Below are positions 9,505 to 22,636 of a stretch of 64,000 nucleotides of DNA, in pieces (position 1 is the stretch's first letter; the number at the start of each line of letters is the position of its first letter). This DNA comes from Flavobacteriales bacterium. Its GTDB lineage: Bacteria; Bacteroidota; Bacteroidia; Flavobacteriales_F; PHOS-HE28. The stretch covers positions 22,955 to 86,954 of the forward strand of contig JBGTAJ010000258.1 in the NCBI GenBank assembly GCA_041749915.1, in the 5' to 3' direction. The notes under the pieces are model-generated. The model searched no databases, was not told the origin of the DNA, and saw only the letters and a list, made by a program, of their open reading frames with translations. The translations under genes were made by a program, and so were the position numbers.

Positions 9505-10230
9505 ATGCGTTCACTCATTTTCAAGGAGATCAAAGGCTTCATCGGGTCGCTGATCGGTCACATCGTGATCGTGGTGTTCCTGCTGATCACCGGCCTGCTG
9601 CTCTGGGTGTTCCCGGATAACATCCTGGACCTGGGTTACGCCGACCTGGGGCCATTGTTCTTCTCAGCGCCGTGGATCTTCCTCTTCCTGGTGCCGGCCG
9701 TGACGATGCGCAGCTTCAGCGAGGAGCGCCGCACGGGCACCTTGGAGATCCTGCTGACCAAACCGTTGAGCGAACTGCAGATCGTGCTGGCGAAATACAT
9801 CGCCTCGGTGGTCCTGATCGTGCTGTCCCTGCTCCCCACCCTGGTCTATTGGTACTCCCTGCAGGATCTTGCCGTTCCCCGAGGGAACCTCGATACGGGA
9901 GGCATCATGGGCTCGTACATAGGCCTGCTCTTCCTGGCCTCCTCCTTCGCAGCGGTCGGGGTGTTCGCATCGTCGCTCACCGACAGCCAGATCATCTCCT
10001 TTCTGATCGCGGTGTTCAGCTGCTTCTTCCTTTACCTGGGCTTCGACCTCATGGCGAGCTACGAGGCCTTCGGCGGATCGGAGGGCATCATCCGCAGCAT
10101 CGGCATCCAGGAGCACTACATGAGCATGAGCCGGGGCGTGCTGGACCTGCGTGATGCGTTGTACTTCGGTGGGGTTATCGTCATCTTCCTGCTGCTCACG
10201 CGCGCTGCGCTCCAAAGCCGACGTTGGTAA
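9505..10230 (+). CDS. gldF: gliding-motility-associated ABC transporter permease GldF
   Basis: Multi-TM ABC-2 permease with RSFSEERRTGTLEILLTKPLS. It is directly followed by gldG. Start moved to ATG 9505. Confidence 0.8.
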   Translation: MRSLIFKEIKGFIGSLIGHIVIVVFLLITGLLLWVFPDNILDLGYADLGPLFFSAPWIFLFLVPAVTMRSFSEERRTGTLEILLTKPLSELQIVLAKYIASVVLIVLSLLPTLVYWYSLQDLAVPRGNLDTGGIMGSYIGLLFLASSFAAVGVFASSLTDSQIISFLIAVFSCFFLYLGFDLMASYEAFGGSEGIIRSIGIQEHYMSMSRGVLDLRDALYFGGVIVIFLLLTRAALQSRRW

Positions 10231-11996
10231 TGGCCACGGGTCCCTCGGATAGCACCAGGCCTTCGGGGCGACGCAGCCATCGCGCGGGCGACCTCCTTGA
10301 GCTGGCCCTGGGCGTGGCCCTCGTGCTGCTGGTGCTTTACATCGGCTCCTTCTTCCGACTGCGCGCCGACCTCACCTCGGAGAAGCGCTACACCCTGACC
10401 GAAGCGACCCGCGAGCTGGTGAAAGACCTGGATGGGGAGATCTACGTGAAGGTGTACCTGAGCGGTGAGCTGCCCGCTGACCTGGAGCGGCTTTCACAGG
10501 CCACGCGTGACCTGCTGGACGAGATGCGGATCCACCAGCCGGAACGCATCCACTACAGCTTCGTGGACCCCAACGAAAGCCCCGACCAGAAGACGAGGAA
10601 CGAGGTGTACGACGACCTGCAGAAGCAGGGACTGACCTACAGCAGCATCCGCCTGCGGGAAAAGGGAACCTACACTGAACGCATCGTGTTCCCGGGTGCA
10701 CTGATCACCTACCGCGACAAGACCATTCCCGTTCAGCTGCTGAAGACCCAGTTAAGGTCACCGGATGCCGACATCGTGAACCGCTCCATCAACAACCTGG
10801 AATATGAGATGGCCAGTGCCTTCCGGAAGGTCACCGCACAACGCCGCCCACGGATCGGCTTCCTCGAAGGCCATGGTGAACTGGATGCCATGCAGGTGAT
10901 GGATGTGACCAAGGCGCTGGAGGAACTGTACGAGGTGAAACGCGTGCGCATCGATGACCGCATCGATGCCCTGAGCCGGAAGGTGGAAGTGATGCGCCAC
11001 CGCGTGAACGACCTGGAGGCCCTGGTGATCGCCAAGCCGGACAGCCTGTTCAGCGACCGTGACCGTTACGTGATCGACCAGTTCGTGATGAACGGTGGCA
11101 AGGTCCTGTGGCTGGTGGATGCCATGAACGCGAACCTGGACAGCCTTCGCCGCAACCAGTTCTCCATCGCCGTGCCCCATGAGCTCGGCATCCATGAACT
11201 CCTGTTCAGCTATGGCGTGCGGGTCAACCACGACCTGGTGCTGGACCGCAGCTGCGCGCCGATCGAGATCTACACCCAGCCCTACGGCAACCAGCGGAAA
11301 CTGGAGCGTTTTCCCTGGTACTTCGAGCCGGTCTCGATCCCCCAGAGCACACATCCCATCGTGGCCAACATCGATCCGGTGCATCTGCGTTTCGCCAGCA
11401 GCATCGACACCATCGGGGTGGACAGTGTGAAGAAGACCATCCTCCTCACCTCCTCACCGGCCAGCTTCGCGCAGCGCAATCCCGTACGGGTGAGCCTGAA
11501 CATGGTGGAGATGGACATGGGCTTCGACAAGCGGAGCACGCCCTACCTGCCCCTGGCGGTATTGCTGGAGGGACGGTTCACATCGGCCTACACGGACCGC
11601 CTTCCGCCTGCCTTCCGGGAAGATGAGAACGTGGCCTTCAGGCAGCATAGCCCGCCCAACGCACAGGTGGTGATCAGCGATGGGGATGTGATCGCCAACC
11701 GCGTGGATGCGAGCAAGGGCATGTACTACATGCTGGGCTTCGACCGCTATGCCAACGCCAAGATCTACGGCAACCGGGAGTTGATCATCAATGCGATGAA
11801 CTACCTCCTGGATGACAAGAGCCTGATCAGCATCCGATCGCGCGAGATCACCCTGCGCCAATTGGACCCCGAACGCATCGAGCGGGAGCGGCTGCCCATC
11901 CAGATCCTCAACACGGTGCTGCCCATCGTGCTTTCCATCCTTGGCGGACTGGCGTTCCACTTCCTGCGCCGCCGTCGAATGAGCTCCCCGTCATGA
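10230..11996 (+). CDS. gldG: gliding-associated ABC transporter auxiliary component GldG
   Basis: N-terminal TM then FRLRADLTSEKRYTLTEATRELV, with a C-terminal TM. About 588 aa. TAATG overlap with gldF. Confidence 0.8.
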   Translation: MATGPSDSTRPSGRRSHRAGDLLELALGVALVLLVLYIGSFFRLRADLTSEKRYTLTEATRELVKDLDGEIYVKVYLSGELPADLERLSQATRDLLDEMRIHQPERIHYSFVDPNESPDQKTRNEVYDDLQKQGLTYSSIRLREKGTYTERIVFPGALITYRDKTIPVQLLKTQLRSPDADIVNRSINNLEYEMASAFRKVTAQRRPRIGFLEGHGELDAMQVMDVTKALEELYEVKRVRIDDRIDALSRKVEVMRHRVNDLEALVIAKPDSLFSDRDRYVIDQFVMNGGKVLWLVDAMNANLDSLRRNQFSIAVPHELGIHELLFSYGVRVNHDLVLDRSCAPIEIYTQPYGNQRKLERFPWYFEPVSIPQSTHPIVANIDPVHLRFASSIDTIGVDSVKKTILLTSSPASFAQRNPVRVSLNMVEMDMGFDKRSTPYLPLAVLLEGRFTSAYTDRLPPAFREDENVAFRQHSPPNAQVVISDGDVIANRVDASKGMYYMLGFDRYANAKIYGNRELIINAMNYLLDDKSLISIRSREITLRQLDPERIERERLPIQILNTVLPIVLSILGGLAFHFLRRRRMSSPS

Positions 11997-13006
11997 ACCG
12001 AAAACTCCTGTTGGTCCTCGTGGTCGTCCTGCTGGGCGGCATCGCCTGGTGGTTGCAGCAGCGCTCCGCGGCCAGCACCCTCGACCAGCCCCTCAGTGAT
12101 TTCGCCATATCGGATACCGCGAGCGTGGACCGCATCTTCATCGCGGACCCCGCCGGGAACACCATCGATCTTCGTCGGGCCGATGGATATTGGTCCCTCA
12201 ACGGGCGCTACATCGCCCGGCAGTCCGATATCGAGCTGCTGCTGAAGACCTTCCGCCGCGTGGAAGTGAAGAGCCCCGTGCCGAAAAAGGCCCAGGCCAC
12301 AGCGTTGCGCATCATGGGCGCCGCCGCCAAACGGGTGGAGATCTACCAAGGCGGGGACAAGCCCTCCAAGGTGTGGATCGTGGGACACGGCACCAAGGAC
12401 AACTTCGGGACCTATGCGGTGTTGGAGCTGCCCGAAAAGGGCCGGAGCAGTGCACCCTTTGTCGTGGGTATGAGCGGCTTCACCGGTGTGCTGAACACCC
12501 GCTTCCGCACCGAACTGGACAGCTGGCGCAGCACCACCGTATGGAGCTACCCGGACCTGTTCGAGCTGGCGCAGGTGAAGGTGGACCTGCCGCGCGGTCC
12601 AGGAAGCCCCTTCACCATCGAACACTTGGAGGACGGGCGCGTGCGCATGCTGGACGCCGGTGGCAGACCGTTGCCCACGGACACCGGCCTGGTGAAAATG
12701 ACCCTACAAACCTTCAAACAGTTGAACTACGAGATCATCGACCGGGACATGAAGCTCGCCACGCGGGATTCGTTGCTGGCCACGCCCCCGGACCATGTGG
12801 TGGTGACCACCGACCGGGACGGGCGCCAACGCAGCGTGCGCTTCTGGTACATGCCCTACACGGGTGAGGTGGACCCCACCCTGGCCTACCAGCCGAAGTA
12901 CGAAGCGAACCGCATGCATGCCCTGGTGGAGGACAGCCTGATGGTGGTGATCCAGCGGCCCTTGTTCGACCCGATCCTGCAACCGGCGGAAAACCTGCTC
13001 CCGTAA
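11993..13006 (+). CDS. DUF4340-like membrane-anchored protein (usual GldG neighbour)
   Basis: N-terminal anchor MNRKLLLVLVVVLLGGIAWW. ATGA overlap with gldG. The family call is from memory of the gldG neighbourhood and was not searched. Confidence 0.55.
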   Translation: MNRKLLLVLVVVLLGGIAWWLQQRSAASTLDQPLSDFAISDTASVDRIFIADPAGNTIDLRRADGYWSLNGRYIARQSDIELLLKTFRRVEVKSPVPKKAQATALRIMGAAAKRVEIYQGGDKPSKVWIVGHGTKDNFGTYAVLELPEKGRSSAPFVVGMSGFTGVLNTRFRTELDSWRSTTVWSYPDLFELAQVKVDLPRGPGSPFTIEHLEDGRVRMLDAGGRPLPTDTGLVKMTLQTFKQLNYEIIDRDMKLATRDSLLATPPDHVVVTTDRDGRQRSVRFWYMPYTGEVDPTLAYQPKYEANRMHALVEDSLMVVIQRPLFDPILQPAENLLP

Positions 13007-13028
13007 AGGGTTCCGGCTGCGGCGGATC

Positions 13029-13037
13029 TTGTGGATA
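13029..13037. promoter_or_regulatory. perfect DnaA box (TGTGGATAA = complement of TTATCCACA)
   Basis: The 9-mer is read directly at 13029-13037, 85 nt upstream of the dnaN ATG. Confidence 0.6.
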
Positions 13038-13087
13038 ACCCCCCTTTTGTGTTGAAAAGTGGTGCCCGGTGCGCAGGGGTGCCCGTC

Positions 13088-13095
13088 TAACTTTG
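13088..13095 (+). promoter_or_regulatory. candidate Bacteroidota -7 promoter box TAACTTTG (dnaN)
   Basis: Perfect TAnnTTTG, 26 nt upstream of ATG 13122. No clear -33 TTG at the proper spacing. Confidence 0.45.
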
Positions 13096-13121
13096 CCCGA
13101 CTTAAAACGACCCTATCCCCG

Positions 13122-14243
13122 ATGAAATTCATCGTATCCAGTACCGCGCTCCTCAAACAGCTCCAACTTCTTCAAGGGGTGCTCGCCAGCAGCAACACGC
13201 TCCCCATCCTCGATAACTTCCTGTTCGAGATCGATGGCAAGCAGATGACGGTGACCGCCAGTGACCTGGAGACCACCATCACCGCCACCATGGCCGTGGA
13301 GGCCAAGGACAAGGGAAGTGTGGCGATCCCAGCGCGCCTGCTGCTCGACACCCTGAAGGCCTTCCCCGAACAGCCCCTGACCTTCACCATCGATGGAAAG
13401 CACCACGGTGTGGAGATCAACAGCGAACAGGGCAAGTACAAGATGACCGGCTTCAACGGCACCGAGTTCCCCAAGAGCCCCGTGCTGGAGGATCCCACTA
13501 CCCTGTCACTGCCCGCCGGTACCCTGGCAGCAGCCATCAACAAGACCCTCTTCGCCACCGGCAACGATGACCTGCGTCCGGTGATGAGCGGCATCTTCTT
13601 CGAACTGAGCCCGGAGGACGTATGCTTCGTGGCCACCGATGCGCACAAGTTGGTGCGCTATCGCCGCACGGATGTGCAGGCCCCCAAGGCCGCCTCGTTC
13701 ATCGTGCCCAAGAAGCCACTGAACCTGCTGAAGAACACCCTGTCCGCGACCAACGCCGATGTCACCGTGGAGTTCAATGAGAACAATGCGGCCTTCAAAT
13801 TCGACAACACCTTGCTGGTGTGCCGCCTGATCGACGGCAAATACCCCAACTACGAGGCCGTCATCCCGAAGACCAACCCGAACAAACTGACCATCGACCG
13901 GGCCACCTTCCTGAGCTCGATCCGCCGGGTGTCCATCTTCGCCAACAAGACCACCCACCAGGTGCGCCTGCACATCAACGGCAGCCAGCTCACCATCAGT
14001 GCCGAGGACCTCGATTTCGCCAACGAGGCGAACGAGAAGCTCACCTGCTCCTATGATGGGGAGGAGATCACCATCGGGTTCAACTCGCGCTTCCTGATGG
14101 ACATGCTGAACAACCTGACCACCGAGCACGTGATCCTGGAAATGAGCGCACCGAACCGTGCGGGCATCCTGCTCCCCGGCGAGGCCGGTGAAGTGGGCGA
14201 GGATGTGCTGATGCTGGTGATGCCGGTGATGCTCAACAATTGA
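13122..14243 (+). CDS. dnaN: DNA polymerase III beta sliding clamp
   Basis: MKFIVSSTALLKQLQLLQGV..., about 373 aa, three-domain layout, ends ...LMLVMPVMLNN. Confidence 0.95.
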   Translation: MKFIVSSTALLKQLQLLQGVLASSNTLPILDNFLFEIDGKQMTVTASDLETTITATMAVEAKDKGSVAIPARLLLDTLKAFPEQPLTFTIDGKHHGVEINSEQGKYKMTGFNGTEFPKSPVLEDPTTLSLPAGTLAAAINKTLFATGNDDLRPVMSGIFFELSPEDVCFVATDAHKLVRYRRTDVQAPKAASFIVPKKPLNLLKNTLSATNADVTVEFNENNAAFKFDNTLLVCRLIDGKYPNYEAVIPKTNPNKLTIDRATFLSSIRRVSIFANKTTHQVRLHINGSQLTISAEDLDFANEANEKLTCSYDGEEITIGFNSRFLMDMLNNLTTEHVILEMSAPNRAGILLPGEAGEVGEDVLMLVMPVMLNN

Positions 14244-14248
14244 CCCCC

Positions 14249-14659
14249 ATGAAACAGCTGCTCGCAGGCCTTCTGCTCCTCGTTACCCTGAGCGCCAACA
14301 AGTGCAACAACAGTGTGACCGACATGGGCTCCTTGATGGACAAGAAGTGGGTGTTCCAGAGCCTGGCGGGCAAGAGCCTGGGTCTACCGGAAGGCACGGA
14401 GACACCTTGGTTGAAGCTTGCCGGTGATCAGTTGCAGGGCTTCGGCGGATGCAACTCCCTGATGGGCCAGTACACCTTGGAAGGCACCGCGCTGAAGTTC
14501 CCGAGCGTGGGATCCACCAAAAAATACTGCGAAGGCATCCAACCCGTGGAAACGGCCATCACCGGCATGCTCGGCAAGGTGGACAGTTTCAAGATGGACA
14601 ACGGACTGCTGAAGCTCCTGGGCGCAGGTCAGGAACTGGCCGCGCTGAAGGCGGAGTGA
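14249..14659 (+). CDS. META/HslJ-domain lipoprotein
   Basis: Lipobox-like LVTLSANKC. GGCNSLMGQY and KKYC are META-domain features. Confidence 0.7.
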   Translation: MKQLLAGLLLLVTLSANKCNNSVTDMGSLMDKKWVFQSLAGKSLGLPEGTETPWLKLAGDQLQGFGGCNSLMGQYTLEGTALKFPSVGSTKKYCEGIQPVETAITGMLGKVDSFKMDNGLLKLLGAGQELAALKAE

Positions 14660-14677
14660 TCAGAACCAGCAACATTG

Positions 14678-14704
14678 AAAAGCCTCCTGGTCCAGGGGGC
14701 TTTT
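14678..14704. terminator. bidirectional rho-independent terminator between convergent genes
   Basis: AAAA-GCCTCCT(ggtcc)AGGGGGC-TTTT. It has a 7-bp stem (one G.U pair) flanked by A and T runs. It sits between the META gene stop (14659) and the rhomboid stop (14706). Confidence 0.7.
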
Positions 14705-14705
14705 C

Positions 14706-15479
14706 TCATTTCGGAGCGGTGCCCGTCGGCGCGCTCCACGTGCCGCTGGTGCGGCCTGGGTCGAGCTCATGGGACGATGTGGGGGCCTGACCATCGCCGC
14801 GCGCAGCGACTTCATACCGATAGATCACGGGGGGACCGGATGGCCTGATGCCCTCCGGGTCGAAACTGTCGTCATCGTCCAGCAGCACCGGTTCGGGATC
14901 CTTCACCGCCGAGGGCGCGTTGCGGAACACCAGCGCCAGCACCACGCCGGCGATGCCGCCCCAGAGGTGGCTTTCCCAGCTCACCTTCGGCACGATGGGG
15001 AAGATGCCCCAGAACATGCTTCCGTAGAGGAACACCACCAGCATGGCGAGCCCCATCTGCGTGCGTTGCCGGCGCAGCAATCCACTCGTGAACAGGAACG
15101 CGGCGAGCGCATAGACCACACCGCTGGCCCCGATGTGGATGTTGGCGCGCGCGCTGATCCACACGCCCAGTCCCGTGAACAGCCAGGCGATGCCCACCAC
15201 CCTGCCGGAGATGTCCGGGAAGAAGTACATGAGGCTCCAACCCAGCACGAAGACCGGGACCGAGTTGCCGATGAGATGCTCAAGATCGCCATGCAGCAAT
15301 GGGGCGGCCAACACGCCGACCAGGCCGTGCGCCACACGGGGAAGGACACCATAGCGGTTCAGCTCGAGGGACAGGCCCACATCCAGCACATGCACGATCC
15401 ACAGCAACAGCACCGCAAGGCCGGGCAGCACAGCCGCATAGACCATGCGCGAGGGGCGCTGTGCTGGAACGCTGGACAT
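14706..15479 (-). CDS. rhomboid-family intramembrane serine protease
   Basis: Multi-TM protein with EHLIGN, GASGVVYALAAF (GxSG catalytic Ser) and a downstream His-containing TM. Confidence 0.8.
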   Translation of the reverse strand: MSSVPAQRPSRMVYAAVLPGLAVLLLWIVHVLDVGLSLELNRYGVLPRVAHGLVGVLAAPLLHGDLEHLIGNSVPVFVLGWSLMYFFPDISGRVVGIAWLFTGLGVWISARANIHIGASGVVYALAAFLFTSGLLRRQRTQMGLAMLVVFLYGSMFWGIFPIVPKVSWESHLWGGIAGVVLALVFRNAPSAVKDPEPVLLDDDDSFDPEGIRPSGPPVIYRYEVAARGDGQAPTSSHELDPGRTSGTWSAPTGTAPK

Positions 15480-15558
15480 GCGTGGGCGGAGGCAACTATC
15501 GGACCGCCCATGATCCCCGTCAATGTGTCAGCCCCACGGCTTCTGTTACTTTCGGGGC

Positions 15559-16023
15559 ATGAAGCGCGCACATGTCGTCGTCCTGCTCCCCGTGGTGGTA
15601 CTGGCCTTGCTGGGCTGCATCTCGCGGCAGGCTGCCGTTCCCTCCACTGCACCAGTGCCTGTGGCACCCGTGGACCAGGACCTGAAACCGGCCAGTGAGC
15701 TGGCCCTGCTCATGCGGACCATGGCCGTGCATGCCGACAGTGTGAAGGCCGCGGTGAACCGGGGGGACAAGAAATTGCCGCCGTACCCGAAGGAGATCAG
15801 CACGCTGTTGACGGCGATCCCCACGGACGGCATGCACATCGACCCCATCACCTTCCCCACCTTCGGCAAGGACTACCAGAACAAGGTGGATGCCCTGTAC
15901 AAGGCTGCGAAGAAGGACCGCAAGCAGGCCTACAACGCCTTGGTGCAGAGCTGTGCGAACTGCCACGGCACCCACTGCCCCGGTCCGCTGATGCGGATCA
16001 AGAAGATGTACGTGAAGCTCTGA
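15559..16023 (+). CDS. putative c-type cytochrome-like lipoprotein
   Basis: Signal/lipobox VLALLGC. A single CANCH (CxxCH) heme-binding motif lies near the C-terminus. Start moved to ATG 15559. Confidence 0.5.
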   Translation: MKRAHVVVLLPVVVLALLGCISRQAAVPSTAPVPVAPVDQDLKPASELALLMRTMAVHADSVKAAVNRGDKKLPPYPKEISTLLTAIPTDGMHIDPITFPTFGKDYQNKVDALYKAAKKDRKQAYNALVQSCANCHGTHCPGPLMRIKKMYVKL

Positions 16024-16645
16024 ACGTCGGTGCAGCGGGCCTGACCGCCGCCCCCACCACCTTGCCACCGGGTGTCCGGTGGCCTTCGGGATAGAAGGCG
16101 CCGATCTTCACTTTCGCGTCGAGCAGGAACTGTGTGATGTCGAAGGACGGGCGCTGGTCCGTGGCCCGAAGGACCAGTTCCGCCGTGGCCTCCGCATCAT
16201 TGCCGGCGCGGTGGTGCTTGAAGTGGATGCCGTGCATGTCACACATGGGCCGAAGACCATAGGAACTGCGGCCCGGCCAGATCTTGCGGGACATGCTCAC
16301 GCTGCAGAAGTACTGGAACGAGGGATGCGGCAGACCGTGACCGGCCAAGGTGCTGCGCAGGACGGTCATGTCGAAGGCGGCATTGTGGGCCACCACCACA
16401 TTGTCCTGCAACAAGGCAGCAACCTCGCCCCAGATCTCCTTCCAGCGCGGTGCTTCAGCAACGTCCTGTGGAGTGATCCCATGCACCGCGATGTTGTACG
16501 GACTGAAGTAGGGCCACTGCGGCGGCTTGATCAGCCAGTTGCGGACCTCCCGCACCACTCCCCCACGCACCACGGCGATGCCCAGCTCGCAGGGACTGTC
16601 CGGCTGCGGCGTGGCGGTCTCGAAGTCGAGAGCGAGGAAATCCAT
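15998..16645 (-). CDS. DnaQ-like DEDDh 3'-5' exonuclease
   Basis: LALDFETA (Exo I), VVAHNAAFD (Exo II) and HRAGNDAEA (Exo III). Start set at MDFLALDFE; the R/H-rich 74-aa ORF-track extension is rejected. Confidence 0.8.
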   Translation of the reverse strand: MDFLALDFETATPQPDSPCELGIAVVRGGVVREVRNWLIKPPQWPYFSPYNIAVHGITPQDVAEAPRWKEIWGEVAALLQDNVVVAHNAAFDMTVLRSTLAGHGLPHPSFQYFCSVSMSRKIWPGRSSYGLRPMCDMHGIHFKHHRAGNDAEATAELVLRATDQRPSFDITQFLLDAKVKIGAFYPEGHRTPGGKVVGAAVRPAAPTFRASRTSS

Positions 16646-16889
16646 GGGAATGCCTGCCAAGATATGCAGCGAGGTCTGCTGGTGCACCCGAGCCTGTGCA
16701 TTACCCCCTTTGCCAAGTTCGTCGCGGCCGTGCCTTTGCTCGTGGTGTGGGAACGGAACCACGAAACGGTGAGCGGCGGCGCTACCCTCACCAGATCGAA
16801 GGGAGGTATGTCCTTCAGTGCGACGACAACCAACATGTTCGATCGGAACCTCCCGGTCCCTATGCACGGACGCCCGCGATGGCCGGCTC

Positions 16890-16920
16890 TTGTGAGCACT
16901 GTTGCCACGTGCTAGATTTG
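16890..16920 (+). promoter_or_regulatory. candidate Bacteroidota promoter TTG-N20-TAGATTTG
   Basis: TTG at 16890-16892 and a perfect TAnnTTTG at 16913-16920, with 20-nt spacing. The box ends 4 nt before ATG 16925. Confidence 0.5.
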
Positions 16921-16924
16921 GTCA

Positions 16925-17533
16925 ATGGGATCGTTGCACCACTTCCTCTTGTGGTCCATGCTAATATCCGTGCTCCTCGGGTGCCGAAAGGAGGATGACA
17001 TTGAGTATTGCAGCACTTGGGAGGAGAACACGGTCTTCCGACCGCTGCCCTACCTGCCGGTCTTCCCTGGATCTGCATGGACCTATGTGAACAACAATGG
17101 TGACAGCATTACCAAAAGAGTCAGCAGTGATCTCGTCGCTCACTCATGGAGCCAGGGTGATTGTATCACCCACACAGCTCTGGTACCCTATTGGGATGGA
17201 CACCCCATGTACGGCTACTCATACCCCTTGCACTCGGACCATGCAACGCTACCAACAGTTCTGTTCCCACTTTTGATGGACGCCCCGATCGGTACGCAAG
17301 AGTGGTTTGAGGCCCCGACCCACCTTCTCAGGAGAATGGTCTCCGATCGGGACACGACGATCACCATCCAGGGTACCACGTACGACGAAGTGATCGTGAT
17401 AGCCGAAGGAGGGTCCCTCTTCGTGAAATGGCGTTATTACGCGAAGGATGTCGGTCTGATCAAGGAGGAAAACCGTATTGGGACCGACACGGTGACGACG
17501 CTAGAGTTAGTGAGCTTTAGCATCGTGCAGTAG
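16925..17533 (+). CDS. hypothetical lipoprotein (orphan, lower GC)
   Basis: N-terminus ...MLISVLLGCRKEDD (lipobox LLGC). No motif recognised. The start could instead be Met12 (16958). Confidence 0.5.
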   Translation: MGSLHHFLLWSMLISVLLGCRKEDDIEYCSTWEENTVFRPLPYLPVFPGSAWTYVNNNGDSITKRVSSDLVAHSWSQGDCITHTALVPYWDGHPMYGYSYPLHSDHATLPTVLFPLLMDAPIGTQEWFEAPTHLLRRMVSDRDTTITIQGTTYDEVIVIAEGGSLFVKWRYYAKDVGLIKEENRIGTDTVTTLELVSFSIVQ

Positions 17534-17534
17534 T

Positions 17535-18428
17535 TCACAACTTCACCACCTCGGCATCCGCCAAGGCCTTGTAGAGCTTGCCGGCCGTGGCTTCGCTGAT
17601 GTTCACCAAGGGCAGGCGCATGGTATCGCCGCAGATGCCGAGCACCTTCAATACATGCTTGATGCCTCCGGGATTTCCCTCGGCGAAGAGCAGGTCGATC
17701 ACCTCGATCATGCGCAGGTGCTCACGGCGGGCGGTCTCCAGATCACCCTTCAACGCCGCCTTCACCAGCGTGCTGGTCTCTGCAGGTAGCGCATTGCCGA
17801 CGACGCTGATCACCCCCACACCGCCCAGCGCGATGATGGGCAGGGTGAGCGTATCATCGCCGCTGATGAGCATGAAGTCCTTCGGCTTGTGCTTGAGGAT
17901 GCGCCCCATCTGGTCCAGGTTTGCGCTGGCCTCCTTGATGGCGATGATGTTCTTGAAGTCCCGGGCCAGGCGGACCGTGGTCTCGGAGCTCATGTTGCTG
18001 CCGGTGCGACCGGGCACGTTGTAGAGGATGATGGGGCGCAACGAGGCCTGGGCGATGGCCTTGTAATGCTGGTAGATGCCCTCCTGCGTGGGCTTGTTGT
18101 AGTAGGGGCTTACGCTGAGGATGGCATCCACGCCGTCCATCTCGAAACTGTTGAGCGTTTCGACCACCTCCGCTGTGTTGCTGCCACCCACACCCAGCAC
18201 CACGGGGACGCGATTGCGCACGAAGCCGATGGTCTGGGCCAACAGCTCGTGCTTCTCGGCCTTGGTGAGGGTGACGCTTTCGCCCGTGGTGCCCATCGAC
18301 ACCACGTAGTCCACGCCACCGGCGATCTGGTGGTCGATCAACTTCTCCAGTCCGGCGTAGTCGATCTGGCCGTTGGAACGGAAGGGAGTGACAAGTGCGA
18401 CCCCAAGGCCGCGGAAACGATCATCCAT
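17535..18428 (-). CDS. dapA: 4-hydroxy-tetrahydrodipicolinate synthase
   Basis: MGTTGES, YNVPGRTG and IIAIKEAS (Schiff-base Lys); 297 aa. Confidence 0.95.
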   Translation of the reverse strand: MDDRFRGLGVALVTPFRSNGQIDYAGLEKLIDHQIAGGVDYVVSMGTTGESVTLTKAEKHELLAQTIGFVRNRVPVVLGVGGSNTAEVVETLNSFEMDGVDAILSVSPYYNKPTQEGIYQHYKAIAQASLRPIILYNVPGRTGSNMSSETTVRLARDFKNIIAIKEASANLDQMGRILKHKPKDFMLISGDDTLTLPIIALGGVGVISVVGNALPAETSTLVKAALKGDLETARREHLRMIEVIDLLFAEGNPGGIKHVLKVLGICGDTMRLPLVNISEATAGKLYKALADAEVVKL

Positions 18429-18452
18429 GTGCAGTGCCGCAACAGCGGTGTT

Positions 18453-21709
<3,257 letters not shown>

Positions 21710-21713
<4 letters not shown>

Positions 21714-22636
21714 CGGAGAGCATGAATAAAACGGGAGGCGCCACTGAGGTCGTCGATCACATCGACCTGACCGTAACCAAGTCCACGAAGCGCCGCTGCG
21801 GCGTCGGTCACGAACTGGTGATGCCCTTCGAACCAAAGGTGGGGCGCTCCACTGACGTGCCTCTCCACCAGGCTGCCGATCACACGGTAGAAGATCGCGG
21901 GGTCCTCTGTATCCACGAAAAGCGCCAGGTGCGGCTCATGCTCACGGACATGGACCGACAATCCTCCTTCTTCGGAGCGCGGGATGTAGGGTGGGTTGCT
22001 CACGACCAGGTCGGCATCCAAGGGCAACTGCGCGTCGCGGGCCAGGATATCCTGCTGGTGCCAATGCACCTCCAAGCCGGTCCGCTGCCCATTTCGCCGG
22101 GCCAGCGCCAAGGCCTCCGGCGAGACATCGATGCCATGCACCACAGCGGCCGGGTAGGCTTTCTTGAGTGCCAGTGCGATGGCACCACTGCCGGTGCCCA
22201 CGTCGACGATGCACCGGGGGACGATCCCCGATCGGATGATGAGCTCCACCAGCTCCTCGGTCTCCGGGCGTGGGACCAGCACGCCGGGCCCCACTTCCAG
22301 TTCCAGACCATGGAACAGCACCTTGCCCAGTACGTACTGCAGCGGTTCACCGGCACGCAGACGCTTCAGCGGCAGATACACGCTCAATAGTTCGGATTCA
22401 CTGATGGCCTTCTCCTTGTCCATCTCCAAACGGGCCGTATCCATGCCCATGCGATCGGCGAAGACGGCACGCGCGATGGCCCGCACCTCGGAAGGCTCAT
22501 ATAGCCCCTCCAATTGCAGGTGGTACTGCTGAAGTACCGCCTTGATCGTGTTGTCGAACGCCCGCACGGGGCAAAAGTAGCCCGGGGTGACCGGATGACG
22601 CCGGGTGGAACACTTACCGTCAACCGGCAGCGACAT
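21710..22636 (-). CDS. prmC: peptide chain release factor N5-glutamine methyltransferase
   Basis: VLVPRPETE, VDVGTGSGAIALAL (SAM motif) and VVSNPPYIP (NPPY). The ORF-track extension to 22945 is rejected as R/P/G-rich. The exact start is uncertain. Confidence 0.85.

Noticed and set aside
15998-16023. 26-nt overlap of the convergent 3' ends of the cytochrome-c-like gene and the exonuclease gene.
   Set aside because: Short convergent overlaps are common in compact GC-rich genomes. There is no evidence of regulatory significance.
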